DNA of 64,000 nucleotides from a virus (Duplodnaviria; Caudoviricetes): IMG/VR virus record IMGVR_UViG_3300023047_000002; one strand, 5' to 3'. Shown piece by piece: positions 51,737 to 61,402 of this stretch (position 1 is its first letter; each line of letters starts with the position of its first letter). The notes under the pieces were generated by a model. It saw only the letters and a program-made list of their open reading frames with translations, ran no database searches and was not told where the DNA came from. The position numbers and the translations under genes were made by a program.

Positions 51737-53341
51737 TTACACAGGGACGAAACCATCCTCATCATTTTCGCCACCACCCTCTTCGTTTTCCTGTGTTTCA
51801 GGTTGAGGATTGTTGTAACCCAGGGCGTCAAGCAGGTCATCATTCTTGAACACCTTATGAAGAATGAAGTAAATCAGTTCACGTTTATTAACGCCATTCA
51901 TGTATTCAGGGTCAATCTTTGCAACGATATCAAGTGCGGAATTCATACGTTCAACTTCCGCAGTAATCGCAGTCGCACGCTTTTCGTCCTCACCTGTAAG
52001 AATTGTAGGCATCTGAATTGAAAACTCAGGCGGCATAATGTCGTCAATAAGACATTTCCAGATAACGAGCTTCTTGATACCTTCACGCAGAATACGCTGC
52101 ACACGTTTGACTTTTCGTGCATAACGAATATCAAGCTGCGTAAGTGTTGAATCATTCAGCCCACCGCCTGTTTCGTCGGCGAAGCCAAGAAATTGCGGAG
52201 GAACGCCTAAAGCTCCCATAAATGATTTCAAGATATTGTTCACATCCGTAAGCTGTCCAATCTCGGTTGGAGCAGAAACCTCGTTTACATTTACATTACC
52301 AACACCGTTTCTGACGGGAATATATACGTTTCCACCTGTTATCATCGGAGCATTTACAGAACTGAAAACACCCTGCGCGACATTAAGAGATTGTTTTGAG
52401 TTGATGGCCGTGCGTACCTCACGCATCATCCGGGCTGTATCCTGACTTGTTGCGTTACCGACCTCAACACTGAAAATACGATAAAAAGCACTTCTAGTAA
52501 GACGTGCAAGAATCAATAAGTCATCCAATAATTTCTTCTGTCTGAAAAGGTACTTTGCGGCCTCAAGGAAACTCGTACCATAACGGATGACAACACCGTC
52601 ATCAGGGTCTCCTACTGACTGGTCTTGCCCACGGTCAGAAATGAAATGTATGTAAGATTTCTCTGGAAGAATCGCATCACTTTCTCCATACGTGTATACA
52701 CCATCACCTTCTCGTATGGCATACCCAAGAGGTGCACCAAAACGAAACAGGTGAATACACTCAAGAGGATCAGCAATTGAAAAGAAATCACCAAGAGTAA
52801 AATTATCACGATACACGTCGTTCGTAAAATTCGTATTCAGAAAGCACTCTCCGAAAGCAACAATATTGAAAGCTATCGGGTAAATAAGGTCATTGATATT
52901 CACAGTATCTGCAAGCCACTGGGTCATCATGTCACCAAAATCAGGGTCATCCTGACATGTAACCCATGCCGCAAGATTCGTGTCATTATCGATGATACTT
53001 GAATCCTCTGCGATTAGCTCAACAGCTGCAATAACTGTTGCATCTGTAAGCATCTCCTTATAATCAGCAATCATTCCCTCTCTGTCAGTTGCATACGTGT
53101 GTATGTCACCTAGGATGGAACAATCTGTTCTTGAAATAAGGTCTTTCAGGAAATCGTCACGAGAATCTTGCGGGTCATCGACAACACGAACACGCCCACC
53201 AAACAGACTCTTCACCCACTGAATGAGACCACCGCTCTTTTTATCTACTACACCACCAGAGGACACAGATGGATGGACGCCCTGAGGATTCTCGTTGTCC
53301 GAATTAACTCTAGTTGTCTTTGGAACTGTGCGTCCTGCCAT
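51737..53341 (-). CDS. Portal protein (T4 gp20-like)
   Basis: YGTSFLEAAK...LDDLLILARLTRS..YRIFSVEVGN, YIPVR, ALGVP, DIRYARKVKRVQ. Confidence 0.9.
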   Translation of the reverse strand: MAGRTVPKTTRVNSDNENPQGVHPSVSSGGVVDKKSGGLIQWVKSLFGGRVRVVDDPQDSRDDFLKDLISRTDCSILGDIHTYATDREGMIADYKEMLTDATVIAAVELIAEDSSIIDNDTNLAAWVTCQDDPDFGDMMTQWLADTVNINDLIYPIAFNIVAFGECFLNTNFTNDVYRDNFTLGDFFSIADPLECIHLFRFGAPLGYAIREGDGVYTYGESDAILPEKSYIHFISDRGQDQSVGDPDDGVVIRYGTSFLEAAKYLFRQKKLLDDLLILARLTRSAFYRIFSVEVGNATSQDTARMMREVRTAINSKQSLNVAQGVFSSVNAPMITGGNVYIPVRNGVGNVNVNEVSAPTEIGQLTDVNNILKSFMGALGVPPQFLGFADETGGGLNDSTLTQLDIRYARKVKRVQRILREGIKKLVIWKCLIDDIMPPEFSIQMPTILTGEDEKRATAITAEVERMNSALDIVAKIDPEYMNGVNKRELIYFILHKVFKNDDLLDALGYNNPQPETQENEEGGGENDEDGFVPV

Positions 53342-53401
53342 GAAAACCTCCAATGTTACGAAACGCAAACAAGATCATAGGTTTAGATTAAACGCACCAT
53401 G

Positions 53402-54475
53402 TCACGGAAGATAGGGGTCGAGTATCTTTGGATTGCTTCTATACATAGAGACAAATTCATCAGTTACCCATGAGGGAAACACCCGTATCCCGTTAAACCC
53501 GCGACTGTATGTCTCACGCTCATGATGTTGATCACAAATATTCTTCATGTAAGACGACACAATAAACTTGAACGTCGTATCAACAACATCAAGACCAAGT
53601 TCTTCACAAACATCACGTGCAGTTCTAAACGATATCTTCTGATTCTGAACAGGTAGTGCATCACGAAGTTCAAGAACCATCTGTTCAAGCACAGATATCC
53701 TATCCATAACATGCTGCGGAACGTACATGCCGGTCTTACGTATGGCAGGAAGAACTTCAGAAGTCACCCACTTACGAAATGACTTTGCCTCTGGTTTATT
53801 TGAACGCATTATCAACGCGTACAAACCAGACTCTGAAATCATTGTCATGTCCTGACTGCCTCCAAGGGTGTCGGCTTTTCCTACACCCTTTTCATCAGCA
53901 TCCAATCTCGACACAGCATCACGAGAGTTGGCAATACATAAACAATCACACACATCCTTAGCGACGAACCACGGAGCATCGTCTTTTACAATAACTCGAA
54001 CCTTAAACGCATTGCTGTTGAAGTGTTTAACAAGACTGTTAGGTCTGTCCGTGTCTTGAAGATGAACACTTGACGACACACAAGAATCACTTTCGTCCTC
54101 ATAATCAACGTGTTCACATTTCGGACTATTACATAACGACCCGTCAATAAACGAGGGTTCTGAACTTTCAATGTCTTCTTTAGAGTAAAGGCTACTCACA
54201 ACTACGGTTTCAAACCAATCACGAAACAAACGACTTTGCTTAGATTTTGACTTCCTGCATAAAGTCCTGACACCATTAAGAGTCAAATAACTTCGACCAC
54301 AAGGATGACCTGACAGAACTTTATCACACATAGGAACATGAGCAAGTGCCAAATCAAGCATCTTACGGCCTATACTGAAAACAACGCAAGCCGCATCGAA
54401 TAAAGGACACTCGCCGTCAAAATCGACCGCAACATAAAACTCTTCATTCTCAAACTGCTGCACAATGAACCCCAT
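53402..54475 (-). CDS. BRO-N domain protein (antirepressor-like; one degenerate and one intact BRO-N)
   Basis: PWFVAKDVC, ISESGLYALIMRSNKPEAKSFRKWVTSEVLPAIRKTG. Confidence 0.9.
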   Translation of the reverse strand: MGFIVQQFENEEFYVAVDFDGECPLFDAACVVFSIGRKMLDLALAHVPMCDKVLSGHPCGRSYLTLNGVRTLCRKSKSKQSRLFRDWFETVVVSSLYSKEDIESSEPSFIDGSLCNSPKCEHVDYEDESDSCVSSSVHLQDTDRPNSLVKHFNSNAFKVRVIVKDDAPWFVAKDVCDCLCIANSRDAVSRLDADEKGVGKADTLGGSQDMTMISESGLYALIMRSNKPEAKSFRKWVTSEVLPAIRKTGMYVPQHVMDRISVLEQMVLELRDALPVQNQKISFRTARDVCEELGLDVVDTTFKFIVSSYMKNICDQHHERETYSRGFNGIRVFPSWVTDEFVSMYRSNPKILDPYLP

Positions 54476-54478
54476 GAA

Positions 54479-55141
54479 TTACTTTATAACGAGACTGCAT
54501 AAAGATTGATTGACACCCTTTCTAGTTTCACGCTTTTCGACATTTAACGTCAACACATCCGCTTCAAGAAAGTCATCAATCCATTCATCCGACCGTACCA
54601 CGTAAAGTACATTTGCGTCTTCATCAGTAACAGAATACAGTCTAAAGTACTTACCATAAACATCTACGCCATCAGCCATGAATGAAACATGATAAGGAAC
54701 AATCGTTACCTTTCCGCAAGGAGCAAACTCATAACGCTGATTTTTTGATTTCCTGTCTTTTTTCCGGCAACCAAAATGCTGACGAAACATAAAAGCAAGA
54801 ACACACAAATCAGACTCTCGTACTGCGTGTTCGGTTCCAATGAACTTAGCCATCTCAACTAAGCGTGTCAGCAAGCGTTCCGCATTTCCATCTTTCGACA
54901 GACGTGAAATTAACGCATCGATTTCATTCAGGCATAACCTGGCTTTCTCCATACACACCTCTGATATCTCTGTGTCGATACTAACAGATCCTGTCTCTAT
55001 CGCATTTTTCACATAAGAAACAGGGTGTGGCTTCCACGACATAAAAGCATAAGCCATGTAAAGGCATGTTTTTGAAAGCGGTAAAGAAACAGACGAAGAC
55101 ACAACAGAAGCAGACAAATTCTCGACCATCGACCAACTCAA
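54479..55141 (-). CDS. Hypothetical protein
   Basis: ORF track; start uncertain. Confidence 0.55.
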   Translation of the reverse strand: MSWSMVENLSASVVSSSVSLPLSKTCLYMAYAFMSWKPHPVSYVKNAIETGSVSIDTEISEVCMEKARLCLNEIDALISRLSKDGNAERLLTRLVEMAKFIGTEHAVRESDLCVLAFMFRQHFGCRKKDRKSKNQRYEFAPCGKVTIVPYHVSFMADGVDVYGKYFRLYSVTDEDANVLYVVRSDEWIDDFLEADVLTLNVEKRETRKGVNQSLCSLVIK

Positions 55142-55150
55142 TGCACAAAG

Positions 55151-55296
55151 GTGAACTACCCACCGCCTAAAGGCAATGGACTCAAATCGAATATCTCACA
55201 AGGATTATGCCTGAATTCAACGAACAGTCCACATCGCTAGAAAAACCTAGTTTTGTTTCAATGACATCCACAGGCATAGGTTTCGATAGTTCCACG
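55151..55296 (-). mobile_element. Degenerate IS605 right end with tnpB 3'/omega-RNA-like remnant
   Basis: GTGAACTACCCACCGCCTAAAGGC...TTCAACGAACA...CCACAGGCATAGGTTTCG..GTTCCACG. Confidence 0.65.
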
Positions 55297-55379
55297 CAAA
55301 TTAAAAAGCACGAACAGGCATTATCTGTTCGTGCTTTTTAATTTGCACTGTAAAGCGAAGCTAGAAATAGCTTCGCTTT
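55296..55379. terminator. Two tandem hairpins after the fibre gene
   Basis: GCAAATTAAAAAGCACGAACAG/CTGTTCGTGCTTTTTAATTTGC and AAAGCGAAGCTA/TAGCTTCGCTTT. Confidence 0.75.
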
Positions 55380-55391
55380 GTGTTCTAAAGA

Positions 55392-57425
55392 TTAATAAAC
55401 CTTGACGATGGCAAACAAACGAGCACCGTTTTCGTTAAGGTTTACTGAATTTGCCCAATCAATGATTTGCGGGCAAGTACAGGTAAGCCGTTTACGGTCA
55501 TTTTCTGAAATCGTCGCAACGGTGTTCACCGGATTAAGTGCAGGAAGCATTTCAGGGGCAGTTTCGCCAGAAATGTAAACAGGCGAGATTTCCACGATAC
55601 AATCATCACTGAAACCCTTTGTGTTCAAACGATTGTCTGTAATTGTGATGTTTATGATTCCCATGTCTGCATCTTCTGACATTTCACAGTCAAAACATGC
55701 GGTACGACGTTTCGTTTCACCGTTAAGACCATCAGCATCAAGTATTTCAAGCATAGCCATGCAGATAGGAGCGCCTGAAATGTAGCTCGAATCACTGATG
55801 GTAAGAACGTTACGAGGATTACCATAAGAGGCATCCACAACGCTAAGAGCCAAGCCTGTATCTTTAGAATCACCCCATTCATAGAAATTCGTTGAAAGTT
55901 CATAACGTTTAACGCCATCATCAGGTTCCAAACCGGCACCGTCGCCGATGCTAAGTTTACCGTCACGGATGTCAACGCCATCAGAGCTGATACGTGTACC
56001 AGCTTTTGAATTATGAGTCAGTGTAGGATGCTGTGCGTTCCATGCGACAAGTTCTTCTTTGGCAAGATTGCGTTGTTCTGCAATTTCTGCCTCACGTTCT
56101 GCAAGGTTTTCTTCACTATGCATGTATTCTTCGGGGTCAACAAGTTTACCACCCTCTCCAATCATGCTGTCGGCGAGAGTTTGAATGTTTGTACCCAAAG
56201 CAATGTCATCGCCTTCATGGAAACCTAAAGACAGCAATGAAGCATTCAATGCGGCAAAGAATGTGTCATGGATTTCCGTTTCTGCGTCTTTCACTGTCCA
56301 CACAAAGGCATCCAAACCATAACGTAAAGAATAACCCGTTTCGGGAAGCGGCATCTGAGCAAGCCAAGAAACAGCATCACCAGAGACGCTAGGTACGATG
56401 GTTTCTTCGTCAATGGCATACATCATTTCGCCATCAATGGTGATACCTACGACGTTACCCTTTGAAGAACCACCAGCGGTTTTAATCGTACCAAACAGGA
56501 CATCACCCTCGCCATTACGCGGCAAAGCTCTCCATGTGGCGGCTTCTTCATCAAAAGTGACATCATAAAGATTGTCGTAAACGTAAATAACGTCTTCGCC
56601 GCCTTCACCCATTTCAATGGGATAAGATTCGCCAACTTCCGTGACGAACGTTCTAGTAACATCGCCGTCATCTTCTTTACCAGACTCAACAACCAGAGCG
56701 GCGTGTTGCATTTCGTATTCAACGGCTTCTACATCATCCCATGCTGTTTCACCTTCGGGCATCCATGCTTTTGTAGCATGAATATCCTGCTGAATATCAG
56801 TCTTGACGTATTTATAACCTTCTTCTCCGTCCGCAATGATAACGTCTGCTTTAATCGGAAGATTAGCTTGATCGATAACATTGCCGTCTTTGTCCAGAAG
56901 TTTAATATCACCCGTTGCTTGGTCAAACGCAATATGGAGACCGTCAAGACCGTTGATGTTTTTAAGGTCTTCAACTGTTGCGAAAGCATTGGGGTTGAAG
57001 GCAACGCTCTGGTAATTATTCACCGTAGTAATCGTGAACGAAGGATAGCAACCGTTGCCGATTTCAAAACCTTCTTTAAGGCTTGCAACAGCGATAACTT
57101 CTTCGACTTCTTCATCAAGGCGATACAGGACAAATGTTCTTGCTTCCGTTACTTCGGCTTCGTCTCCTGCTTCAAGATGACCGACAAGGCGACAATACCC
57201 AGAAGATTTGTGTTGGACAGTAACGTTAGAAGAAACCTTGTCACCGTTCTTAGCAAGAGGAAGGAATACGTTACCCTCTTCTAATGCTAAACCAGTGCCT
57301 TTGATGGCGTCAGCCATACTGACCGTACCATTCAAAGGAACGATACGCAAGGAATCAGAGTCAAGCATATCCTGACGGAAGTTACGAACAAGAACAGCGA
57401 AATCATCATAAGAAAAGTTACTCAT
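55392..57425 (-). CDS. Tail fibre-like protein, paralog family A
   Basis: ATVEDL...FDQATGDIKLLDKDGNVIDQANLP and ISDSSYISGAP blocks shared with the two other paralogs. Confidence 0.7.
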   Translation of the reverse strand: MSNFSYDDFAVLVRNFRQDMLDSDSLRIVPLNGTVSMADAIKGTGLALEEGNVFLPLAKNGDKVSSNVTVQHKSSGYCRLVGHLEAGDEAEVTEARTFVLYRLDEEVEEVIAVASLKEGFEIGNGCYPSFTITTVNNYQSVAFNPNAFATVEDLKNINGLDGLHIAFDQATGDIKLLDKDGNVIDQANLPIKADVIIADGEEGYKYVKTDIQQDIHATKAWMPEGETAWDDVEAVEYEMQHAALVVESGKEDDGDVTRTFVTEVGESYPIEMGEGGEDVIYVYDNLYDVTFDEEAATWRALPRNGEGDVLFGTIKTAGGSSKGNVVGITIDGEMMYAIDEETIVPSVSGDAVSWLAQMPLPETGYSLRYGLDAFVWTVKDAETEIHDTFFAALNASLLSLGFHEGDDIALGTNIQTLADSMIGEGGKLVDPEEYMHSEENLAEREAEIAEQRNLAKEELVAWNAQHPTLTHNSKAGTRISSDGVDIRDGKLSIGDGAGLEPDDGVKRYELSTNFYEWGDSKDTGLALSVVDASYGNPRNVLTISDSSYISGAPICMAMLEILDADGLNGETKRRTACFDCEMSEDADMGIINITITDNRLNTKGFSDDCIVEISPVYISGETAPEMLPALNPVNTVATISENDRKRLTCTCPQIIDWANSVNLNENGARLFAIVKVY

Positions 57426-57508
57426 AAAAAAGCTCCTAAACGCCCCTGAAAATACACAAGGTAAAGACAAAAACACCCTGTGCGAAACTCTGTGAATCTA
57501 AAACATAT

Positions 57509-57720
57509 GTGAACTACCCACAGCCTAAAGGCGGTGGGCTTCAAGTTTCAACGAACAAGACTTAGCTTTCTTCTTAGTTGAATACTTGCCAGAGGTCTTA
57601 TTCTCAGTTCGCATTGTATTCCTACGTTCCATAGGAATTGAAAACCTTGTACCACAACAACAAAATTACTCGCCTTACCAACGGGCTAAAGCCCTTGGGC
57701 TTTCGGCTCGCTTTTGGTAA
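57509..57720 (-). mobile_element. Non-autonomous IS200/IS605 element (about 210 bp) with both ends and a probable omega-RNA scaffold
   Basis: Minus strand: TTAC|CAAAAGCGAGCCGAAAGCCCAAGGGCTTTAGCCC...CCTATGGAACGTAGGAA...GAAGCCCACCGCCTTTAGGCTGTGGGTAGTTCAC. Confidence 0.8.
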
Positions 57721-58155
57721 AAACCACACCAACCCTAATGAAATCATGTACATGAAGCACACTACCGGAAAGAGTCAATGCTGAAATACGAAGCATGAAA
57801 CGTAAATCAGATTAAATTGAACACCAAACCACAAACCCGCATAAGGTACGTGTTGAAACGCAAGACATGTCAGGAAGTGGATTAAGTCATTACGAATGAT
57901 AATGACTGATGGAAGAGTAACCATCAAAGCACAGTCTAGTCGGGGGTATGCGTTCGATTATGTGAACTTGCCACGAATGAAACACCGTGGGTACTTTTTG
58001 AGAAAATTTCTCAAAAAGCAGGAGACAACCTCTATTAGTTATCTCTCACTATATTAGATAGAACGACCACTAAATTTTTACTGACCCACCAGGAAGTTTG
58101 GAATAAGGCACATGACACGGACGTTCTAAACATCTCCACAAAAAAGTCGATCAGT

Positions 58156-58234
58156 AATCCCACCGACTTTAGGTTATGGGAGTACTGCTCGCGTCATGTT
58201 GAACCCTACCGACTTTAGTCTATGGGTATCTGAC
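58156..58234 (+). repeat. Two tandem degenerate IS605-end hairpins
   Basis: AATCCCACCGACTTTAGGTTATGGGAGTA and GAACCCTACCGACTTTAGTCTATGGGTATCTGAC. Confidence 0.6.
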
Positions 58235-58958
58235 AAGATTCATCATCCGAAATATAGCCCATGAAATGTTCGGACAACTCTTCAAGGTCATCAGCAAATG
58301 AACGCAGCTCAGAAATAAAATCCTGAATGCACTCCAAATCACAGTACTCAGGAGTATTTCCTCTCGCAAACTGAGACAAGGCTAAAAAAGTTCCGTTCTC
58401 CCCTTCCATCCTGTGCATGTTATTTAACAACGGAATGTCGCTCACGCGTTTTGAATAACGATTGTAAACGTCAAAAAGAAGTTTCAAATCATCTACATCC
58501 ACGACAACCGAATGACGCTTATAACCACACAAAGCATGTTCCATCTTGGTTATGGAACCTATCGGACGTAATACGCGTCCATCGACAGCAAGAACGTCCA
58601 ATGTGTTCGTAGCTTCGTTGAAAGACATAATCACAGGATAATCAATATCATCGAAAATGTCCAAACGGAGTCGTCCTCCACGAACATTAGACGCACTCCG
58701 TTTAAGGTTTTCAATAACGGACACATTCTCAGTCTTACGGATATAAACGCAACAAGAAAACGATGAGACACATCCATCAATGATTGCGGAGAATGTGTCT
58801 ATATACTCCAAGTCGGAGTTCTTAAGTTCGTGATTGAACACGTACTCTTGTTTTGCATTATGTACGGTTGGAAAGTCATCAATAAGATGACTTTTGCGAA
58901 GTGAATCATTATGGTTTTTGGTGTAGGACTTGATGATGTTTTCAAATCTGTAGTTCAT
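58215..58958 (-). CDS. Hypothetical protein
   Basis: AAGGAGG RBS; has its own TGGTGCTG promoter. Confidence 0.75.
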   Translation of the reverse strand: MNYRFENIIKSYTKNHNDSLRKSHLIDDFPTVHNAKQEYVFNHELKNSDLEYIDTFSAIIDGCVSSFSCCVYIRKTENVSVIENLKRSASNVRGGRLRLDIFDDIDYPVIMSFNEATNTLDVLAVDGRVLRPIGSITKMEHALCGYKRHSVVVDVDDLKLLFDVYNRYSKRVSDIPLLNNMHRMEGENGTFLALSQFARGNTPEYCDLECIQDFISELRSFADDLEELSEHFMGYISDDESCQIPID

Positions 58959-59013
58959 GTTTGCCTCCTTATGGCCTCATGTACGACGGACACCCTATCC
59001 GTCATACAAGTCA

Positions 59014-59053
59014 TTTATACCACAAGAGACAGAACACAATCGAAGCAGCACCA
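59014..59053 (-). promoter_or_regulatory. TGGTGCTG-N26-extended -10 promoter
   Basis: Box at 59046-59053, TGTGG-TATAAA. Confidence 0.78.
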
Positions 59054-59058
59054 CAAAA

Positions 59059-59088
59059 AAAAAGGGATGCAGAACTGCATCCCTTTTT
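59059..59088 (-). terminator. Intrinsic terminator
   Basis: AAAAAGGGATGCAG-aa-CTGCATCCCTTTTT. Confidence 0.8.
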
Positions 59089-59108
59089 ACCATAAACGTC
59101 AACTACGA

Positions 59109-59843
59109 CTACATAACGAAATTTCCTTCAAGTGCTTTTGTGTCAATAGGTGCAGAAGGAATTGCGGGAGCTGAGGCCTGTACGTTCGACACCGTTCCAC
59201 CGTTTAGGAACGAACGGTACTTGTCAATGTTAAACCTCACACCGACAGCATCAAACAACTCATTGACATGAGCCTTCAGCGTCTCAGACACCCATTTTTT
59301 AAATTCAGGAATCTGTTGATAGAGACATGCAGAAGAACCTGCCATGGATTCAAGACCGCCAGCGAATTGTCCCGTGGTCGGCGTAAGGATCCAATCACGC
59401 GTCATGATATCGCCATTCGCAAAACTGTCTGCCATGCGTTTGTTGTATGTCTGGAAGTGAACACTCCAAACGCAGATACGAAGATTTTTCAGGCCAATAT
59501 CACTCACGATGGCACGGACAGGATCAGCAAGACCTTCATACGCCAAAACAGGGAACAGAATACGACGCGTCGTGTCCACATCAGGATTGCTTGCCATGTG
59601 TTTACAACACTCACCCTGGTCGCATAAAATCGTACCGAATCCTTTGAGATAGTGCTGCTGATATCCAAAACCACCGTCAGTCAGGAAAGCAATGCGTGTC
59701 TTACGTTGAGGATCAAGTTTGAGCTTGTTAATGGAAAATTCGTCAATGACAGAACCTGCGGGGATGTACGATGCAATCCCACCAAAGCCAATGCTGTCTG
59801 AACTGAGAAGTGATTTGACGTCGATCATAGTGTTTTCTGACAT
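59109..59843 (-). CDS. Probable single-stranded DNA-binding protein (gp32-like)
   Basis: KTRIAFL, HY...C...CC zinc-like site, ILFPVLAY, flexible tail; neighbours dUTPase and dNK. Confidence 0.5.
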   Translation of the reverse strand: MSENTMIDVKSLLSSDSIGFGGIASYIPAGSVIDEFSINKLKLDPQRKTRIAFLTDGGFGYQQHYLKGFGTILCDQGECCKHMASNPDVDTTRRILFPVLAYEGLADPVRAIVSDIGLKNLRICVWSVHFQTYNKRMADSFANGDIMTRDWILTPTTGQFAGGLESMAGSSACLYQQIPEFKKWVSETLKAHVNELFDAVGVRFNIDKYRSFLNGGTVSNVQASAPAIPSAPIDTKALEGNFVM

Positions 59844-60007
59844 TTCTTTTCTCCAAACGAAAATTAAGTTTTGTGTACTTATACGTGAGTAACCAAAATC
59901 ACGTACCCTGTCCAGAATACTGGAACTCGGACGACACTGTAACAAAAACCCGTGTGCCTCGATGTTTCTATGCGCATTCTCGAAACATCTCAGCGAACAC
60001 AAGAGGG

Positions 60008-60047
60008 GTTATAGCATAAATTTAAATCTTTTGGAACAACAGCACCA
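60008..60047 (-). promoter_or_regulatory. TGGTGCTG-N26-extended -10 promoter
   Basis: Box at 60040-60047, TATGC-TATAAC. Confidence 0.78.
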
Positions 60048-60066
60048 CGACGGTTGCGCTTTTTCT

Positions 60067-60498
60067 TTAAACACCCGTATGACCGAAACCTCCGGCTCCA
60101 CGTTCAGTCTCTTTTTCCACATGACCCACATGAGAAAACTTAACGGTTTCATGTTTAATGACGACCATCTGTGCGATACGATCACCGATAGCAATGATAA
60201 ACGGCGTTTGGCTCACATTGCACAGAATGACGCCGACCTCACCCGTGTAATCCGAGTCTACCGTTCCTGGGCTGTTCAGAACAAACACACCGTGCTTTGC
60301 TGCAAGACCACTGCGAGAACGAATTTCAACATGATAACCTTTCGGAATATCCATGCGTAATCCCGTCCGAATTACACGGTACTCACCAGGTAAAATCATC
60401 ACGGCTTCAGCAGAACACAAATCAGCTCCTGCGGCTTCCTCTGTAGAATAAACAGGCAGCTTGGCTGTCTCAGTCATCAACTCGATTCCAATATCCAT
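60067..60498 (-). CDS. dut: dUTPase (trimeric)
   Basis: AGADL, RSGLA, GTVDSDYTGE, RIAQ, RGAGGFGHTG. Confidence 0.97.
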   Translation of the reverse strand: MDIGIELMTETAKLPVYSTEEAAGADLCSAEAVMILPGEYRVIRTGLRMDIPKGYHVEIRSRSGLAAKHGVFVLNSPGTVDSDYTGEVGVILCNVSQTPFIIAIGDRIAQMVVIKHETVKFSHVGHVEKETERGAGGFGHTGV

Positions 60499-60638
60499 AC
60501 AATCTCCGAAAAAGTAACACGTCCATAAAGTGGTCTAGAATGCGTTTCTCGCGATTTTTTATTTTACCCTCATACTTACTAGGGTAAGGTCGTAACTTTT
60601 TAGTACAGGGCAAATGTTGAGGCTCTGTGTTTAAAATA

Positions 60639-61379
60639 TCACAGGGTTATTTGACATGGGATGGTCATCGTATCCCGGATACGTTTTATCTGTGTCCACA
60701 AGTTGCGTGCTTCCTGTTCGATTTCGTCTTTTGTTCTGTCCTTGTTCCAATCAAGTGTAATCACATGAGAGAACCGTGACAGGTTTGAAGTCAGCTCTCG
60801 GTACTCTGCTATAAGCCCTTCCATGTACTCACGTGGTATGCTGCTCTCGCACTTCCGTTTCTCTTTCTCACTGATACGTTGTGCAAGGCGACGCATCGAA
60901 GTGTCAGGTGATACATCCAGGTAAACAAAACATTGCGGGTACATAATCTCCCGAGACATGTTATGAAACAGCTCAAAGTAGCAGTCTGCTTCATCGTGCG
61001 TCATATCGCCGGACTTTTCGAGCTTACACACAAAAATCGAATCAGACCAGATAGAGCTGTCTGCAACAGAGTTTTCTCCATTCATTGACATCGCCTGAGC
61101 AAGACGTGTCTGCTCCAATCGTTTGTTCAAAAGGTAAATCTGAATCGTGAACGCCCATCTCGGAACGTCCTTGTAGTACGAGGCAAGAAATGGATTCTTT
61201 GAACCCTCATCGTCTTCGGTAGCAGGTTCGAACATTGTCCTGCATGGTTTACCAGTGTCTTCTTCAATCGCTTTGGATAAGGAACGACAGAAGGAAGTCT
61301 TTCCAGATGCGATGCATCCGATAACAGGAATATGAACTCCGGATGGATAAACGGCGCAGCGAAAATTTGAAATGGTCAT
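60639..61379 (-). CDS. Deoxynucleoside kinase
   Basis: GCIASGKT, EP...NPFLASYYKDVPRWAFTIQ, DSSIWSD. Confidence 0.9.
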   Translation of the reverse strand: MTISNFRCAVYPSGVHIPVIGCIASGKTSFCRSLSKAIEEDTGKPCRTMFEPATEDDEGSKNPFLASYYKDVPRWAFTIQIYLLNKRLEQTRLAQAMSMNGENSVADSSIWSDSIFVCKLEKSGDMTHDEADCYFELFHNMSREIMYPQCFVYLDVSPDTSMRRLAQRISEKEKRKCESSIPREYMEGLIAEYRELTSNLSRFSHVITLDWNKDRTKDEIEQEARNLWTQIKRIRDTMTIPCQITL

Positions 61380-61402
61380 TTTGAAAATCCTCTTGCTTTG
61401 CA

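Noticed and set aside
53402..54475. BRO/antirepressor gene as evidence of a prophage
   Set aside because: BRO-N proteins are common in lytic phages; no integrase, repressor or host flank is seen.
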